A stretch of DNA of 64,000 nucleotides from Nitrospirota bacterium (GTDB taxonomy: Bacteria; Nitrospirota; UBA9217), in assembly GCA_963840455.1 (NCBI GenBank), contig CAWIYV010000014.1, positions 352,001 through 416,000 of the forward strand. The letters run 5' to 3'. The notes under the pieces were generated by a model. It was given only the letters and a program-made list of their open reading frames with translations, did no database searches and was not told the DNA's origin. The position numbers were made by a program, and so were the translations under genes. Positions 1 through 10,510 of the stretch are shown here, piece by piece. Position 1 is the stretch's first letter, and every line of letters begins with the position of its first letter.

Positions 1-1740
1 AAGCTGCCGGCCGTCGAGACGCTCGGCAGCACCACGGTCATCTGCACCGACAAGACCGGCACGCTCACGAAAAACGAGATGACCGTGAAGTTGGTCCACG
101 ACGGCGAGCACGTCTTCGAGTTGACCGGGACCGGGTACGACCCGGCCGGCGAGGTACTGCACCGGTGGCTTCCCATCACCGAGCAGGAGCGAAAGGACCT
201 ATTCCTGAACCTGCGGATCGGCCTGCTCTGCAACGAATCGGAGGTCTACGAGCAGGACGGCGCATACCGCGTCGACGGCGACCCGACCGAGGGCGCGCTC
301 ATCGTTTCAGCCATGAAGGCCGGCCTCCGCCCCGAGGAGGAGAAGCGGGACTGGCCGCTCGTCTCGATGGTCCCCTTCGAATCCGACCGCGGCTACATGG
401 CAACGCTGCACCGCCACAACGGAAAGAAGTACATCTTCGTCAAAGGAGGGCCGGAGCGCGTCATCGACCTCTGCACGGCATGCCACCTGACCGGCGCGTT
501 CCGGGCGAAGGAGGTCCTCGACGCGGCGCACCGCTTTGCCTCCGAGGGCATGCGCGTCCTGGCCATGGCGTATAAGGAGGCGCCTCCGGACCTCGAGGAA
601 CTGACGCACGAACAGGTGGAGGGGAACCTCACGCTTACGGGCCTCCAGGGTATGATCGATCCCCCGCGGCCCGAGGCCGTGGACGCGGTGAAAGGCTGCA
701 GGAAGGCGGGCATCCGCGTCGTCATGATCACCGGGGACCACGCCACCACGGCTGCGGCCATCGGCAGGATGATCGGCATCGGGGACGGGTCCGGCGCCGC
801 GCTCACGGGCAGGGAACTCGAGGAGATGGGCGACGACGAGCTGTTCGAGAAGGTCAGGACCGTATCGATCTTCGCCCGCGTGGCGCCGCACCACAAGCTG
901 CGCATCGCCCGGCAGCTCATCCGGCACGGCGAGATCGTGGCCATGACCGGCGACGGCGTGAACGACGCGCCGGCGCTCAAGGCCGCGCACATCGGCGTCG
1001 CCATGGGCAGGACCGGCACGGACGTGGCAAAGGAGGCGGCGGACATGGTGATCACCGACGACAACTTCGCCACGATCTTCGCGGCCGTCGAGGAAGGCCG
1101 GATCGTGTTCGACAACATCCAGAAGGTCGTCTTCTTCCTGATCCCCACGGGCGTCGCCGCGATCCTGTCGATCATCGGCACGATCGCGCTGGGGCTTCCT
1201 ATGCCCTACACGCCGTCCCAGCTGCTCTGGATCAACCTCGTGACGAACGGGCTCCAGGTGCTGGCGCTCACCTTCGAACCGGGCGAGCCGGGCGTCGTGC
1301 TCCGGCCGCCGCGGGACCCGAAGGAGGGGGTGATGTCGGCCGTGCTGGTGCAGCGCACGGTGCTGGTCGGAGCGCTCATCGCCGCCGGCGTCGTCTGGAG
1401 CTTCCACCACGCCCTCGCCATCGGCGAGCACCTCGAGCAGGCCCGGACCATCGCCGTGACCACCATGGTCTTCTTCCAGTTCTTCCAGACCTGGAACAGC
1501 CGGTCCGAGACGCTGTCGGTGTTCCGAATCGGCCTGCTGAGCAACCCGCTGCTGCTCTTCGCCATCGCGGCGTCGGTCCTGGCGCAGCTCGCGATGATCT
1601 ACGTGCCGGTCCTGCAGTGGATCTTCAAGACCGAGCCGCTCACCGTTGCGGAGTGGGCCCGGGTATGCCTGCTCTCACTTACCGTCGTCCTTGTCGTCGA
1701 GCTCGACAAATGGCTGCGCAGAAGGAGGGAACATGCTTGA
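1..1740 (+). CDS. P-type cation-transporting ATPase (P2A-like), 5' part outside window
   Basis: Frame is open from base 1 (KLPAVETLGSTTVICTDKTGT phosphorylation motif). Also GDPTE, KGGPE, MITGD, TGDGVNDAPAL and C-terminal TM helices. Confidence 0.95.
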   Translation, partial: KLPAVETLGSTTVICTDKTGTLTKNEMTVKLVHDGEHVFELTGTGYDPAGEVLHRWLPITEQERKDLFLNLRIGLLCNESEVYEQDGAYRVDGDPTEGALIVSAMKAGLRPEEEKRDWPLVSMVPFESDRGYMATLHRHNGKKYIFVKGGPERVIDLCTACHLTGAFRAKEVLDAAHRFASEGMRVLAMAYKEAPPDLEELTHEQVEGNLTLTGLQGMIDPPRPEAVDAVKGCRKAGIRVVMITGDHATTAAAIGRMIGIGDGSGAALTGRELEEMGDDELFEKVRTVSIFARVAPHHKLRIARQLIRHGEIVAMTGDGVNDAPALKAAHIGVAMGRTGTDVAKEAADMVITDDNFATIFAAVEEGRIVFDNIQKVVFFLIPTGVAAILSIIGTIALGLPMPYTPSQLLWINLVTNGLQVLALTFEPGEPGVVLRPPRDPKEGVMSAVLVQRTVLVGALIAAGVVWSFHHALAIGEHLEQARTIAVTTMVFFQFFQTWNSRSETLSVFRIGLLSNPLLLFAIAASVLAQLAMIYVPVLQWIFKTEPLTVAEWARVCLLSLTVVLVVELDKWLRRRREHA

Positions 1741-2131
1741 TATGCTCAAGAAGTTCGAAAAGGCGGTAACGGTCACGCTGGTCGTGCTGATGGCCGTCGT
1801 TTTGCTGCTGGCGACCTTCGAGCTGGGATGGATCATCATCAAGGACATCATCACACCGCCGGTACTCCTGCTCGAGATCGACGAGCTGCTGGACATCTTC
1901 GGGCTGTTCCTGCTGGTGCTGATCGGCGTGGAGCTCCTCGAGACGATCAAGGCCTACCTCAAGGAGAACGTGGTGCACTTCGAGGTGGTCCTGACCGTCG
2001 CCATGATCGCCATCGCGCGCAAGGTCATTATCCTGGACGTCAAGGAACTGCCGAACATGACGCTGGTGGGCATCGCGGCCATCATCGTGGCGCTGGCGGC
2101 GGCAAAGTATTTTTTCCGGAAGGCGAATTGA
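1733..2131 (+). CDS. Phosphate-starvation-inducible PsiE family membrane protein
   Basis: ATG 1733 after AGGAGG. Four TM segments with LIGVELLETIKAY and AIARKVIILD motifs. Confidence 0.8.
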   Translation: MLDMLKKFEKAVTVTLVVLMAVVLLLATFELGWIIIKDIITPPVLLLEIDELLDIFGLFLLVLIGVELLETIKAYLKENVVHFEVVLTVAMIAIARKVIILDVKELPNMTLVGIAAIIVALAAAKYFFRKAN

Positions 2132-2246
2132 GTCCCGCGGCGTGCAATCACCCGGCTCCCGCCGGGGGAGGAATGCGCCGTGGTCCGTGCTATAGCACAC
2201 CCGGCATTCGCCTTCCTTCCGGAGGCGCCCGGCAGTATTGCGTATC

Positions 2247-3284
2247 CTAGGATGTCCGTTTCCGGAACAGATAATGCGCCACCCACCACTCCTGGCCCTG
2301 CCGGAACCCCCAGAGCTCTGCGCAGGCCATGAAGAAGATCCTCCACCGCTGGAACCATACGGCGGCGTCCTTCTTCCCGTAGGTCCGTTCCAGCACCGGC
2401 ATAATAGCGTCTTTCCGTGCATCCATCTTCTGCAGCCAGTGGTTCGCGGTCCGCTCGTAGTGTGTACCGTCCACGCGCCAGTGGTCTTCGAGGACGACGT
2501 CGTCCTGGAAATAGAGCAGCAGGTCGTCGGACGGCATGATACCGCCGCTGAAGAAATGCCTGCCCATCCAGTTGTCCTCACCCTCGGCCTCGAAGAGGTA
2601 AGCGTATTCCTTGTGGCAGAAGATATGAACGAAGAGCCTGCCGTCGGGTTTCAGCCACGAAGCGATCTTCCGGAGCAGCAGCTCATAGTTCCGCATGTGC
2701 TCGAACATCTCGACCGAGACGACGCGGTCGAAACGCTCCTCGGTGTTGAAATGGTTCATGTCGGCAGTGATGACCTCCACGTTCCCGATGCCCTTCTCTC
2801 GGCAGAGTGCTGTGATAAATTCCCGTTGGGGATTGGAGTTCGATACGGCGGTTATTCGTGCTGCAGGATAGTGCTCCGCCATCCAGAGCGTGAGGGAGCC
2901 CCAGCCGCAGCCGAGCTCCAGGATGTCCATGCCGTCCCGAAGCTGCGCACGTTCGCCGGTGAGCGCAAGCATCTTCGCCTCAGCTACGTCGAGGCTCTCC
3001 GCTCCCGATGGATAGTAGCAGCAGCTGTACTTGCGGTTTTTTCCCAGAACGAGTTGAAAGAACTCCGGCGGGACCTCATAGTGCTGTTCGTTCGCAGCCT
3101 CGGTCAGGACCGCGATAGGGCTGTTCCGCAGCATCGTGATGAACGCTCGCTGGTGCTCCCGGAGTGCCTCGATGCCGCCGCGGTGTTCTTCCCGGAGGCG
3201 CTGCCGGTTCAGCAGGCCGATGCCGAAGCGGATGAGCCGGTCCGGCAGGCGGCCGGTCTCCGCCAGTTCGATGAGGATGCTCAT
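2247..3284 (-). CDS. SAM-dependent methyltransferase, cyclopropane-fatty-acid synthase/coclaurine N-methyltransferase-like
   Basis: [21 protein letters not shown] and [10 protein letters not shown] motifs. Confidence 0.9.
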   Translation of the reverse strand: MSILIELAETGRLPDRLIRFGIGLLNRQRLREEHRGGIEALREHQRAFITMLRNSPIAVLTEAANEQHYEVPPEFFQLVLGKNRKYSCCYYPSGAESLDVAEAKMLALTGERAQLRDGMDILELGCGWGSLTLWMAEHYPAARITAVSNSNPQREFITALCREKGIGNVEVITADMNHFNTEERFDRVVSVEMFEHMRNYELLLRKIASWLKPDGRLFVHIFCHKEYAYLFEAEGEDNWMGRHFFSGGIMPSDDLLLYFQDDVVLEDHWRVDGTHYERTANHWLQKMDARKDAIMPVLERTYGKKDAAVWFQRWRIFFMACAELWGFRQGQEWWVAHYLFRKRTS

Positions 3285-3742
3285 GGCGCGGGAGGTGCTT
3301 CCTGCCAGCGCCTGCGGATCAGCTCGACGCGCTTCCGGTTTACCCCCAGGTCGGACGTGCCGAGCCGCGATGCAGAGCGAACGTGGATGACCTTGGCGCT
3401 GTCGTCAGCGAGGAATTCAACGTCATCGACGAACCGGAAGAGGGCGCTGGTGAATTCCACGTGGAGGTAGGTTCCGGTGTCCGTGATGACCGCTGTCCTC
3501 GGAAGGGAGCGGATGATCGCTGTAAGCCTGTTGATCGCGTCATCGAGAGATCCGGCATAGGTGAGGGGCGCGACGCGGTGCTCCTCGTCAGTCGCCTGGC
3601 TGGAGACGCAATTCGGACTTGACGGGCAGGGGAGCAGTCTGCCGTCACGGGACCCGAGGTTCACGGGCCGCGTTCCCTGACATCCGACCAGCAGGAACGC
3701 GGGCAGCAGCAGGAGCCATGAGCTATGCAGTGTGTGCGGCAT
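3281..3742 (-). CDS. DUF1499 family lipoprotein
   Basis: Lipobox [21 protein letters not shown] and [17 protein letters not shown]. Start reassigned to ATG 3742. Confidence 0.85.
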   Translation of the reverse strand: MPHTLHSSWLLLLPAFLLVGCQGTRPVNLGSRDGRLLPCPSSPNCVSSQATDEEHRVAPLTYAGSLDDAINRLTAIIRSLPRTAVITDTGTYLHVEFTSALFRFVDDVEFLADDSAKVIHVRSASRLGTSDLGVNRKRVELIRRRWQEAPPAP

Positions 3743-3750
3743 CCACAACC

Positions 3751-4284
3751 TTACCGGTCCGTCCTGTTGCCCTGTTCCGTGCGCTTGAGCATCGACACGT
3801 CGAATCCCCTGTCCTTCAGCCTCCCGACGATCTCCTGGTAGCGCTGCTCCTCCATCTTCGGCGTCCGAGAAAGGATCCAGAGGTACTTCCGGGACGGCGC
3901 GGAGACCACGGCGTACTCGTAGTCCCTGCCCAGCTCGATGATCCAGTAGTCGCCACGGAAGGGGCAGAAGAACGAGACCTTCAGCTTCGCGTTCGTGGCC
4001 TTGTCCATCACCCAGGCCTTGCCCTTGGCTGTGTCCACCTTGCCGTCCCGGAGGCAGCTGTTCAGCACCTCGACGTCGCCGTCGGTCCGGACCCGGTATT
4101 CGGCGCGCGAGTCGGTGCATCCTTTCTGGAACCGCTGCGGAAAGCTGGCGATCTCGAACCATGTCCCCATGTACCGGCCAAGGTCGACCTGCGGGACCGT
4201 TTCGAGCGGGGCTTGCGGAGGGCCTGCTGTCGCACAGGCGCAGAGGAACACGACGAGGGTGGTGGAGAATGCGATCTTTTCCAT
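3751..4284 (-). CDS. blc: Bacterial lipocalin (Blc-like) lipoprotein
   Basis: VDLGRYMGTWFEIA, GDYWII and YLWILSRTP motifs; lipobox. Confidence 0.88.
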   Translation of the reverse strand: MEKIAFSTTLVVFLCACATAGPPQAPLETVPQVDLGRYMGTWFEIASFPQRFQKGCTDSRAEYRVRTDGDVEVLNSCLRDGKVDTAKGKAWVMDKATNAKLKVSFFCPFRGDYWIIELGRDYEYAVVSAPSRKYLWILSRTPKMEEQRYQEIVGRLKDRGFDVSMLKRTEQGNRTDR

Positions 4285-4346
4285 GGGACCTCCAACAAGA
4301 AATTATGCAGACGCAGGCCGTGCTGTTATCACGAGAGACCATGCGA

Positions 4347-5153
4347 TCACATCGCTGTCTTGCTCATCTTGATCTTTCCGTGCTCGATCTTGTCATGGCA
4401 CCACAGACAGTCCACCTGTCTCTTGCCTACGTGCTTCTCGTGGATGAGCTTCACTTCGCCGATCCTGTCGGACCGGTCAACATGGCAGAAGAAGCACTTG
4501 TCCTTCGGCGTCATGCCGTCGCCCCGGGTGATCTGGGCATGGCACTGGCCGCACTTCTTGCCGGCCTTGAGCGCTGCCGCGTGGGAGAAGGTCCTGCCGT
4601 CCACTTTGATCGCCTCTTTGAGCGCGGTGTGGCACGACGGACAGCCGGTCACGGCCTCGCCGGGTTTCGCCCCCTTGAAGTGGCAGAGGTAGCAGACGTT
4701 CTTCGAGACCTTCACGTGCTCGCCCTGGACGATGTCGGAGTGGCAGCTTCGGCAGTGGAGCTTGATGCCCCTCTTCATGTCCAAGAAATGTGGCTTGTGG
4801 TCGAAGTTGATGTTCCACCTGGTGAAGAGCACTTTGGACTCCACGAGACGCTTGTCGTGGCATCCGCCCTGCAGGCAGTTTGCATCGGGTACGTTGGACA
4901 AGGGCCGCGGGTTGAACGAACCGGCCAGGAAGAGGAACTGGGACGCTACGGCCTTCTCCATTGTATACACATGGCATTTCAGGCAGGGAACGTTCTTGTG
5001 CGTTGAGGTCTTCCATTTTTCATAGAACGGCGCAATGTAGTGGCATGCCTTGCAATTCTCCGGATTAGGGAACACGACATATTTTGCCAAAACATAGAAG
5101 CCGAACGACAGCGTCACAAAGATCACTGCAATAAGGACCATGTGCTTCTTCAT
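4347..5153 (-). CDS. Membrane-anchored multiheme c-type cytochrome (8 CxxCH + 1 CX4CH)
   Basis: N-terminal TM helix. CKACH, CLKCH, CLQGGCH, CRSCH, CYLCH, CPSCH, CGQCH, CFFCH, CLWCH. ATG 5153 preceded by GGAGG. Confidence 0.9.
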   Translation of the reverse strand: MKKHMVLIAVIFVTLSFGFYVLAKYVVFPNPENCKACHYIAPFYEKWKTSTHKNVPCLKCHVYTMEKAVASQFLFLAGSFNPRPLSNVPDANCLQGGCHDKRLVESKVLFTRWNINFDHKPHFLDMKRGIKLHCRSCHSDIVQGEHVKVSKNVCYLCHFKGAKPGEAVTGCPSCHTALKEAIKVDGRTFSHAAALKAGKKCGQCHAQITRGDGMTPKDKCFFCHVDRSDRIGEVKLIHEKHVGKRQVDCLWCHDKIEHGKIKMSKTAM

Positions 5154-5538
5154 AGACCCCTCCTTCACATAGGCTTCGCTCCCTGCTTGTCCGCCGGATA
5201 CTGAGAATATAGCATCTTTTGCGGGCGACCGCGGGTATTTTGAGTAGGTCAGCGTATGCACCGTTGTGCAGGAATTCAGTCATCTCCCATCAGCATTTGC
5301 GATCACGCAGCGGCAGCTTATTGTTCGTCGGGACAGTCCTGTTACCGTATCGTTGCCGACCGCCGAGCAGCCGGAGTGGAACAGGATGAACGTTCCACCC
5401 ATGGTCAAAAGAGATGACCATCAGAGACCATAACCGTTCCAAATTATCTGGTATACTCAAAACAAGAAAAATTGTCCGTCCCCCCTCCCTCTGCGGAAGG
5501 GGGATGATGGATCCACGGAATATCGAGAGCCAGCAATT

Positions 5539-8500
5539 ATGAGCGACAGGGACAGGACCAAGACCGACCTTCAGAAAGAACTGGAGCGCCTGCGCAGGCG
5601 GATCGCGGAGCTCGAATCCCGGGGTGCGGGCGATGGGCGCCCCGAGGATCTGCGGGCGAATGAGATGCGGTGCCAGCTGCTTCTCGATACGATGATCCAC
5701 GGCGTTCAGGAGAACGACTGCTCCGGTGTGATCACGTACAGCAATCGAGCGCATCACCGGATCATGGGATATGAGCACGGCGAGCTCGTTGGCAAGACCG
5801 TCTGGCAACTGCTGCCCCCCGGTGGGGAGCAGGGAGCTTTGCGGGAGTATCTTGCCTACCTGGTGAAGGAACAGCCGAAGCCGGCCCCCTATCTCTCTGT
5901 AAGCAGAAAAAAGGACGGGTCTCTGGTCGATCTCCAGATAGACTGGGACTATCAGCGTGATGACGCGGGACGCCTGAAAGGATTTATATCGGTCATAACC
6001 GACATCACCGAGCGCAAGCAGGCCGAGGCTAACATCAGAAATGCCGCGCGGCTCTACGCCTTCCTGAGCCAGATCAACCAGGCCATCGTCCGCACCCGGG
6101 AACGCGACGAACTGTTTCGGACCATCTGCCGGGTGGCGGTCGAGTTCGGACAGTTTAGGATGGCCTGGGTCGGGCTTATCGACGAGGCAGCAGGAATCGT
6201 AAGGTCTTTCGCGCATGCAGGTCAGGAAGAGGGCTATCTGAACGTCCTTTCGATACGCATCAGCGACGAAACCACCGGCAAGGGACCTACCGGGTCCGCG
6301 CTCCGCGGAGGGGCGCTGACCATCTGCGACAATATTGCGACAGACCCCCGCATGCTGCCCTGGCGGGAAGAGGCGCTGAAACGGGGGTACCGTTCGTCAG
6401 CGGCCATCCCGTTCAGGCAGAAGGAGAAGGTCATCGGGTCGCTGAACCTGTACGCCGCGGAACCGGGCTTCTTCGCCGAGGACGAGCGGAAGCTGCTGAC
6501 GGAGATCGGCGTCGACATCTCCTTCGCACTCGACACCATGGAGAGCGAAAAAGAGCGGAAGCGGATCGAGGTGGCGCTGCGGGAAAGCGAGGAGCGCCTG
6601 AACTACATGATGTCCAACTCACCCGCGGTCATCTACACGTGCAGGCCGTCGGGCGACTTCGCCGCGACCTTCGTCAGCGAGAATGTCGTGCATCAGCTGG
6701 GATATGAAGCTTCTGCGTTCATCGCCGATCCGGGCTTCTGGGCCGCTCACATCCATCCTGATGACAAGAAACGGGTCTTTGACGGGCTTTCCGCCCTTTT
6801 TGCAGAGGGCTCGCACACACATGAATACCGGTTCCTGCACAAGGACGGGGCCTGGCGCTGGATGCATGATGAACTGAGGCTGATACGAAACGCTGCCGGC
6901 GAGCCGGTCGAGATCCTCGGCTCGTGGGTCGATATCACCGACCGCAAGCAGGCCGAGGACGCGCTCGGGGAGAGCGAGCGGAAATACCGTACCCTGTTCG
7001 ATTCTGCAACCGATGCCATCTTCATCCTCGACCTCAATGGCAATATCCTTGATATCAACCGGACCGCCCATGCCCGGCTCGGATATACGAAGCGGGAAAT
7101 GCTGTCCATGCACGTTAGCCGCCTCGATCCGCCGGAGTTCGCCGTCAGGGTCCCTGAACGGCTCACCGAGGTGTCCCGGTCCGGAGTGGCGGTCTTCGAA
7201 TCCGCCCATCTTAGGAAGGACGGTTCCGTGATGCCGGTGGAGATCAATTCCCGGCTGCTGGAATACGAAGGGCGGCAGGAGTATTTCAGCATCGTCAGGG
7301 ACATCACCGACCGCAAACGTGCCGAGGAGGCGCTCAGGGAAAGCGAGGAGCGGTTCCGGACGCTGCTTGCGCGGGTCGATTCAGTGGCGGTGCAGGGCTT
7401 CGGCCCTGACGGCGTGGTCCATTATTGGAACAAGGCCTCGGAGCGGCTATATGGCTATTCGGCGGAAGAGGCACAGGGACGCAATATTCTTGACCTCATT
7501 GCTTCCCCGGAGGCGCGCGGGCCCATTACGAACGCCATTACGCAGATGGCGGAAAGCGGGTCGCCGCTCCCTTCGTCGGAAGCGTCGCTCCTGCGGAAGG
7601 ACGGGTCGCGCGTAACGGTGTTCGCGAGTTATGCCGTGGTGAACATGCCCGGACGCGCCCCCGAACTGTACTGCATCGACATCGATCTCACCGACCGCAA
7701 GCGGTCTGAGCAGGAGCGCCTGGAGCTGGAGCGGCGGCTGCTTTATGCCCAGAAGCTCGAGAGCCTCGGGATCCTGGCCGGGGGCATCGCCCATGACTTC
7801 AACAACCTGCTGATGGCGGTCCTGGGCAACCTCGACCTTGCGCTCCGGAAGGTCTCCCCGGTCTCACCCGCCCGCGCGAACATCGAGCAGTCCGCGCAGG
7901 CCGCACGCCGCGCAACGGACCTGACGCGCCAGATGCTGGCCTATTCGGGCAAGGGCAGGTTCATCGTCAAGCCCATGGACCTGAGCGAACTCGTGGAGGA
8001 GAACACGCACCTGTTCCGGGCGAGTGTGGCCAGGACTGCGACGCTGGACATCCGCCTTGGCCGCTCGCTGCCCTCCATCGAGGCTGATGTCGGCCAGGTG
8101 CAGCAGGTGATCATGAACCTCATCACCAACGCCGCAGAAGCGATCGGAGATTCGTCCGGCAGGATCATCATCACGACCGGGATGCAGGAGTGCGACGCGC
8201 AGTGCCTGAAGCAGAGCCGGATCGAGGACGTGCCGCCTGCCGGCAGGTTCGTCTACCTGGAAGTGTCCGACACGGGGTGCGGGATGGACGAGCAGACGCA
8301 GCAGCGGCTCTTCGATCCCTTCTTCACGACCAAGGCCCCGGGCCGCGGGCTCGGGATGTCGGCGATCCTGGGCATCGTGCGAGGGCACGGGGGCGCAATC
8401 TTCGTCGAGAGCGGCCCGGGCAGGGGGACCTCGATACGCATCCTTTTCCCCGCGTTCGAAGGAGCACCGACGGAGAGCGTTGCATCGGCAGGCGCGCCCG

Positions 8501-8898
8501 CCGCGGAGGCGGGGGTGCCCGCGATGAGCGGGACCGTCCTGGTGGTGGACGACGAGGAGATCGTGCGCATGGTCTGCAAGGAGATGGTGGAAACCATGGG
8601 CCTGCAGGTGCTGACCGCGGTGGACGGCAGGGATGCCGTTGAAGTGTTCACGAGGCACGCCGACAGCATTAGCCATGTCATCCTCGATCTTTCGATGCCG
8701 AACATGGACGGCATGGCCGCGTTCACCGAACTGGTCCGCATCAAGCCGGGCCTCAAGGTCATTCTTTCCAGCGGGTACGACGAGCAGGACTCCCTGCAGC
8801 GATTGTCGGGCCCGGGACTGGCGGGATTCATCCAGAAGCCCTATTCAATGCAAAACCTGCGCGACGCCTTGGAAAAGGCGGGAGCGGCCGGCGCATGA
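5539..8898 (+). CDS. Cytoplasmic hybrid sensor histidine kinase (PAS-GAF-PASx3-HisKA-HATPase-REC)
   Basis: Repeated DITDRK PAC ends, GIAHDFNN H-box, DTGCGM/GRGLG boxes and a C-terminal receiver (LVVDDEE...DLSMP). Confidence 0.93.
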   Translation: MSDRDRTKTDLQKELERLRRRIAELESRGAGDGRPEDLRANEMRCQLLLDTMIHGVQENDCSGVITYSNRAHHRIMGYEHGELVGKTVWQLLPPGGEQGALREYLAYLVKEQPKPAPYLSVSRKKDGSLVDLQIDWDYQRDDAGRLKGFISVITDITERKQAEANIRNAARLYAFLSQINQAIVRTRERDELFRTICRVAVEFGQFRMAWVGLIDEAAGIVRSFAHAGQEEGYLNVLSIRISDETTGKGPTGSALRGGALTICDNIATDPRMLPWREEALKRGYRSSAAIPFRQKEKVIGSLNLYAAEPGFFAEDERKLLTEIGVDISFALDTMESEKERKRIEVALRESEERLNYMMSNSPAVIYTCRPSGDFAATFVSENVVHQLGYEASAFIADPGFWAAHIHPDDKKRVFDGLSALFAEGSHTHEYRFLHKDGAWRWMHDELRLIRNAAGEPVEILGSWVDITDRKQAEDALGESERKYRTLFDSATDAIFILDLNGNILDINRTAHARLGYTKREMLSMHVSRLDPPEFAVRVPERLTEVSRSGVAVFESAHLRKDGSVMPVEINSRLLEYEGRQEYFSIVRDITDRKRAEEALRESEERFRTLLARVDSVAVQGFGPDGVVHYWNKASERLYGYSAEEAQGRNILDLIASPEARGPITNAITQMAESGSPLPSSEASLLRKDGSRVTVFASYAVVNMPGRAPELYCIDIDLTDRKRSEQERLELERRLLYAQKLESLGILAGGIAHDFNNLLMAVLGNLDLALRKVSPVSPARANIEQSAQAARRATDLTRQMLAYSGKGRFIVKPMDLSELVEENTHLFRASVARTATLDIRLGRSLPSIEADVGQVQQVIMNLITNAAEAIGDSSGRIIITTGMQECDAQCLKQSRIEDVPPAGRFVYLEVSDTGCGMDEQTQQRLFDPFFTTKAPGRGLGMSAILGIVRGHGGAIFVESGPGRGTSIRILFPAFEGAPTESVASAGAPAAEAGVPAMSGTVLVVDDEEIVRMVCKEMVETMGLQVLTAVDGRDAVEVFTRHADSISHVILDLSMPNMDGMAAFTELVRIKPGLKVILSSGYDEQDSLQRLSGPGLAGFIQKPYSMQNLRDALEKAGAAGA

Positions 8899-9004
8899 CC
8901 GCGTTCGCAGTCATTGACATCGCATTGAGAACATTCGAAGGTGATCAGCCCAGGGAGTTGCTATCGATCATCCTGCAGATGCCGAAAAAAAGGGAGAACG
9001 AATC

Positions 9005-9400
9005 ATGACGATCAAAGAATATTTTGATGGTTCATCAGGGACCGGGGTACTGTCCACCGCCGATGCCGGCGGGAAGGTGGACGCGGCGATCTACTCGACG
9101 CCCCACGTGATGGACGACGGGACGGTGGCGTTCATCATGCGGGAGCGCTTGACGCACAATAACCTCCGATCGAACCCTTATGCAGCCTACCTGTTCATCG
9201 AGGACGGGCCTGGGCACCGGGGTCTTCGGCTCTTCCTGAAGAAGCTCCGGGAGGAAGACAATACCGAGGTCATCGCGGCTATGACCCGGAGACATCTGAA
9301 GCCCGACCTCGATGCCCAGAAGGGGCCGAAACACCTGGTCTATTTCGCGGTCGAGAAGGTCCTGCCGCTCATCGGGAGCGGAGAGCCGCCGGCCCGATGA
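9005..9400 (+). CDS. Pyridoxamine 5'-phosphate oxidase-like FMN-binding protein
   Basis: GVLSTADAGGKVDAAIYS...NLRSNPYAAYLF pattern; RBS GGGAG. Confidence 0.75.
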   Translation: MTIKEYFDGSSGTGVLSTADAGGKVDAAIYSTPHVMDDGTVAFIMRERLTHNNLRSNPYAAYLFIEDGPGHRGLRLFLKKLREEDNTEVIAAMTRRHLKPDLDAQKGPKHLVYFAVEKVLPLIGSGEPPAR

Positions 9401-9429
9401 CGGCCGCGTAAGAGAGCGGCCGGACGCGC

Positions 9430-9670
9430 ATGCGCAGGTTCTTCAACAGAATCCTCTGCCGGGCGGCATGATTCGCTGCCGTGCTCGGCGCCGTGAACGG
9501 CATGCCGTGGCTCGGCGTAACCGTTCCCGGCCGCGGTCGCGGTGCATCTCGTGCTCGCGGAAGAACGGAATGCCGAGTTGCTGCTGGCGCTGGCCGCAGC
9601 GGCCAGGGGATTCATGACCGACTCGGCGTTCATCGCCATGGGCCTATTCACGCCCGTATTTAAAGTCTTC
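9430..9670 (+). pseudogene. Degenerate DUF2878-like membrane protein fragment
   Basis: MRRFFNRILCRAA*FAAVLGAVNGMPWLG (TGA 9469 at an expected Trp), then a frameshift into VHLVLAEERNAELLLALAAAARGFMTDSAFIAMGLF. Confidence 0.55.
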
Positions 9671-9700
9671 ACCGCGATACGAAAGGAAGGTGCCTCTCTC

Positions 9701-10447
9701 ATGAGAGCTGTACTGTTCGCCGCCGCCGGATTTATGCTCTGTGCCGTGGTCACTACCCGTGACGCGTGCGCAGAATATGTACTCAACCTCCAGGGCGCAG
9801 CCGTCTTCACGGAAAAGAATGATGTCCGTATCCCGGGGGATAGCGGGACGAAGTTCTCCCTCTCCGACGACCTTGCGGCGGACAGTTCGTTCACCGGGCG
9901 GCTGGAAGCCGGGTACATCCACAAAGGACGGGATTATTTCGGCATCGTGGTCGCACCGCTCAGCGTGGACTCCCATGGCCGAGTTGACAAGGACATCCGC
10001 TTCGCGGGAACGGACTTCCTGGTGGGCACGGACCTCAACGCCACCTTCCGCTTCGACTCCTACCGGATCACGTGGCGGCGAAAGCTCGTGAGCCAGGACA
10101 AGCTCGATATCTGGCTGGGTGTGACCGGTAATATCCGGGATGCGGCGATCACGGTCGAGGGGGGAGGCCAGCAGGCGGAGAAGACCAACACGGGTTTCGT
10201 GCCGCTCATCAACTTCCTCATAGATTGGCGGTTCGCGCAGCCCTGGTCGTTCCGCATCGCCGGGGACGCCTTGGTAGGGCCGCAAGGCAGGGCCGAGGAC
10301 GTGATTTTTGCAATGCTGTACGACGTCAACCCGTCAACGAAGATCATCGCCGGATACCGGGTGCTGGAAGGCGGAGCGGATACCACAGACGTGTATACGT
10401 TCTCATTGTTCCATTTTGCGGTCGCGGGGATCGAGATACGGTTTTAG
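9701..10447 (+). CDS. Putative outer-membrane beta-barrel protein
   Basis: Signal peptide, alternating beta-strand pattern, C-terminal Phe (GIEIRF). ATG 9701 after AAGGAAGG. Confidence 0.7.
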   Translation: MRAVLFAAAGFMLCAVVTTRDACAEYVLNLQGAAVFTEKNDVRIPGDSGTKFSLSDDLAADSSFTGRLEAGYIHKGRDYFGIVVAPLSVDSHGRVDKDIRFAGTDFLVGTDLNATFRFDSYRITWRRKLVSQDKLDIWLGVTGNIRDAAITVEGGGQQAEKTNTGFVPLINFLIDWRFAQPWSFRIAGDALVGPQGRAEDVIFAMLYDVNPSTKIIAGYRVLEGGADTTDVYTFSLFHFAVAGIEIRF

Positions 10448-10510
10448 CGCAGGGAGATGGAAGCCGCGGCATTCCGCATCTGAACATCGATGTCATAAGG
10501 AGATTTTTAC

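Noticed and set aside
3281-4342. 353-aa ORF as one protein overlapping the lipocalin gene
   Set aside because: Only the last 153 aa (DUF1499, with lipobox) look real; the upstream part is an alternate frame of blc.
5154-5538. Riboswitch or ncRNA in the long divergent intergenic region
   Set aside because: Only short hairpins; no aptamer consensus that I can recognise.
9469-9471. In-frame TGA as Sec
   Set aside because: It falls at an expected Trp, and a frameshift follows; better explained as decay.
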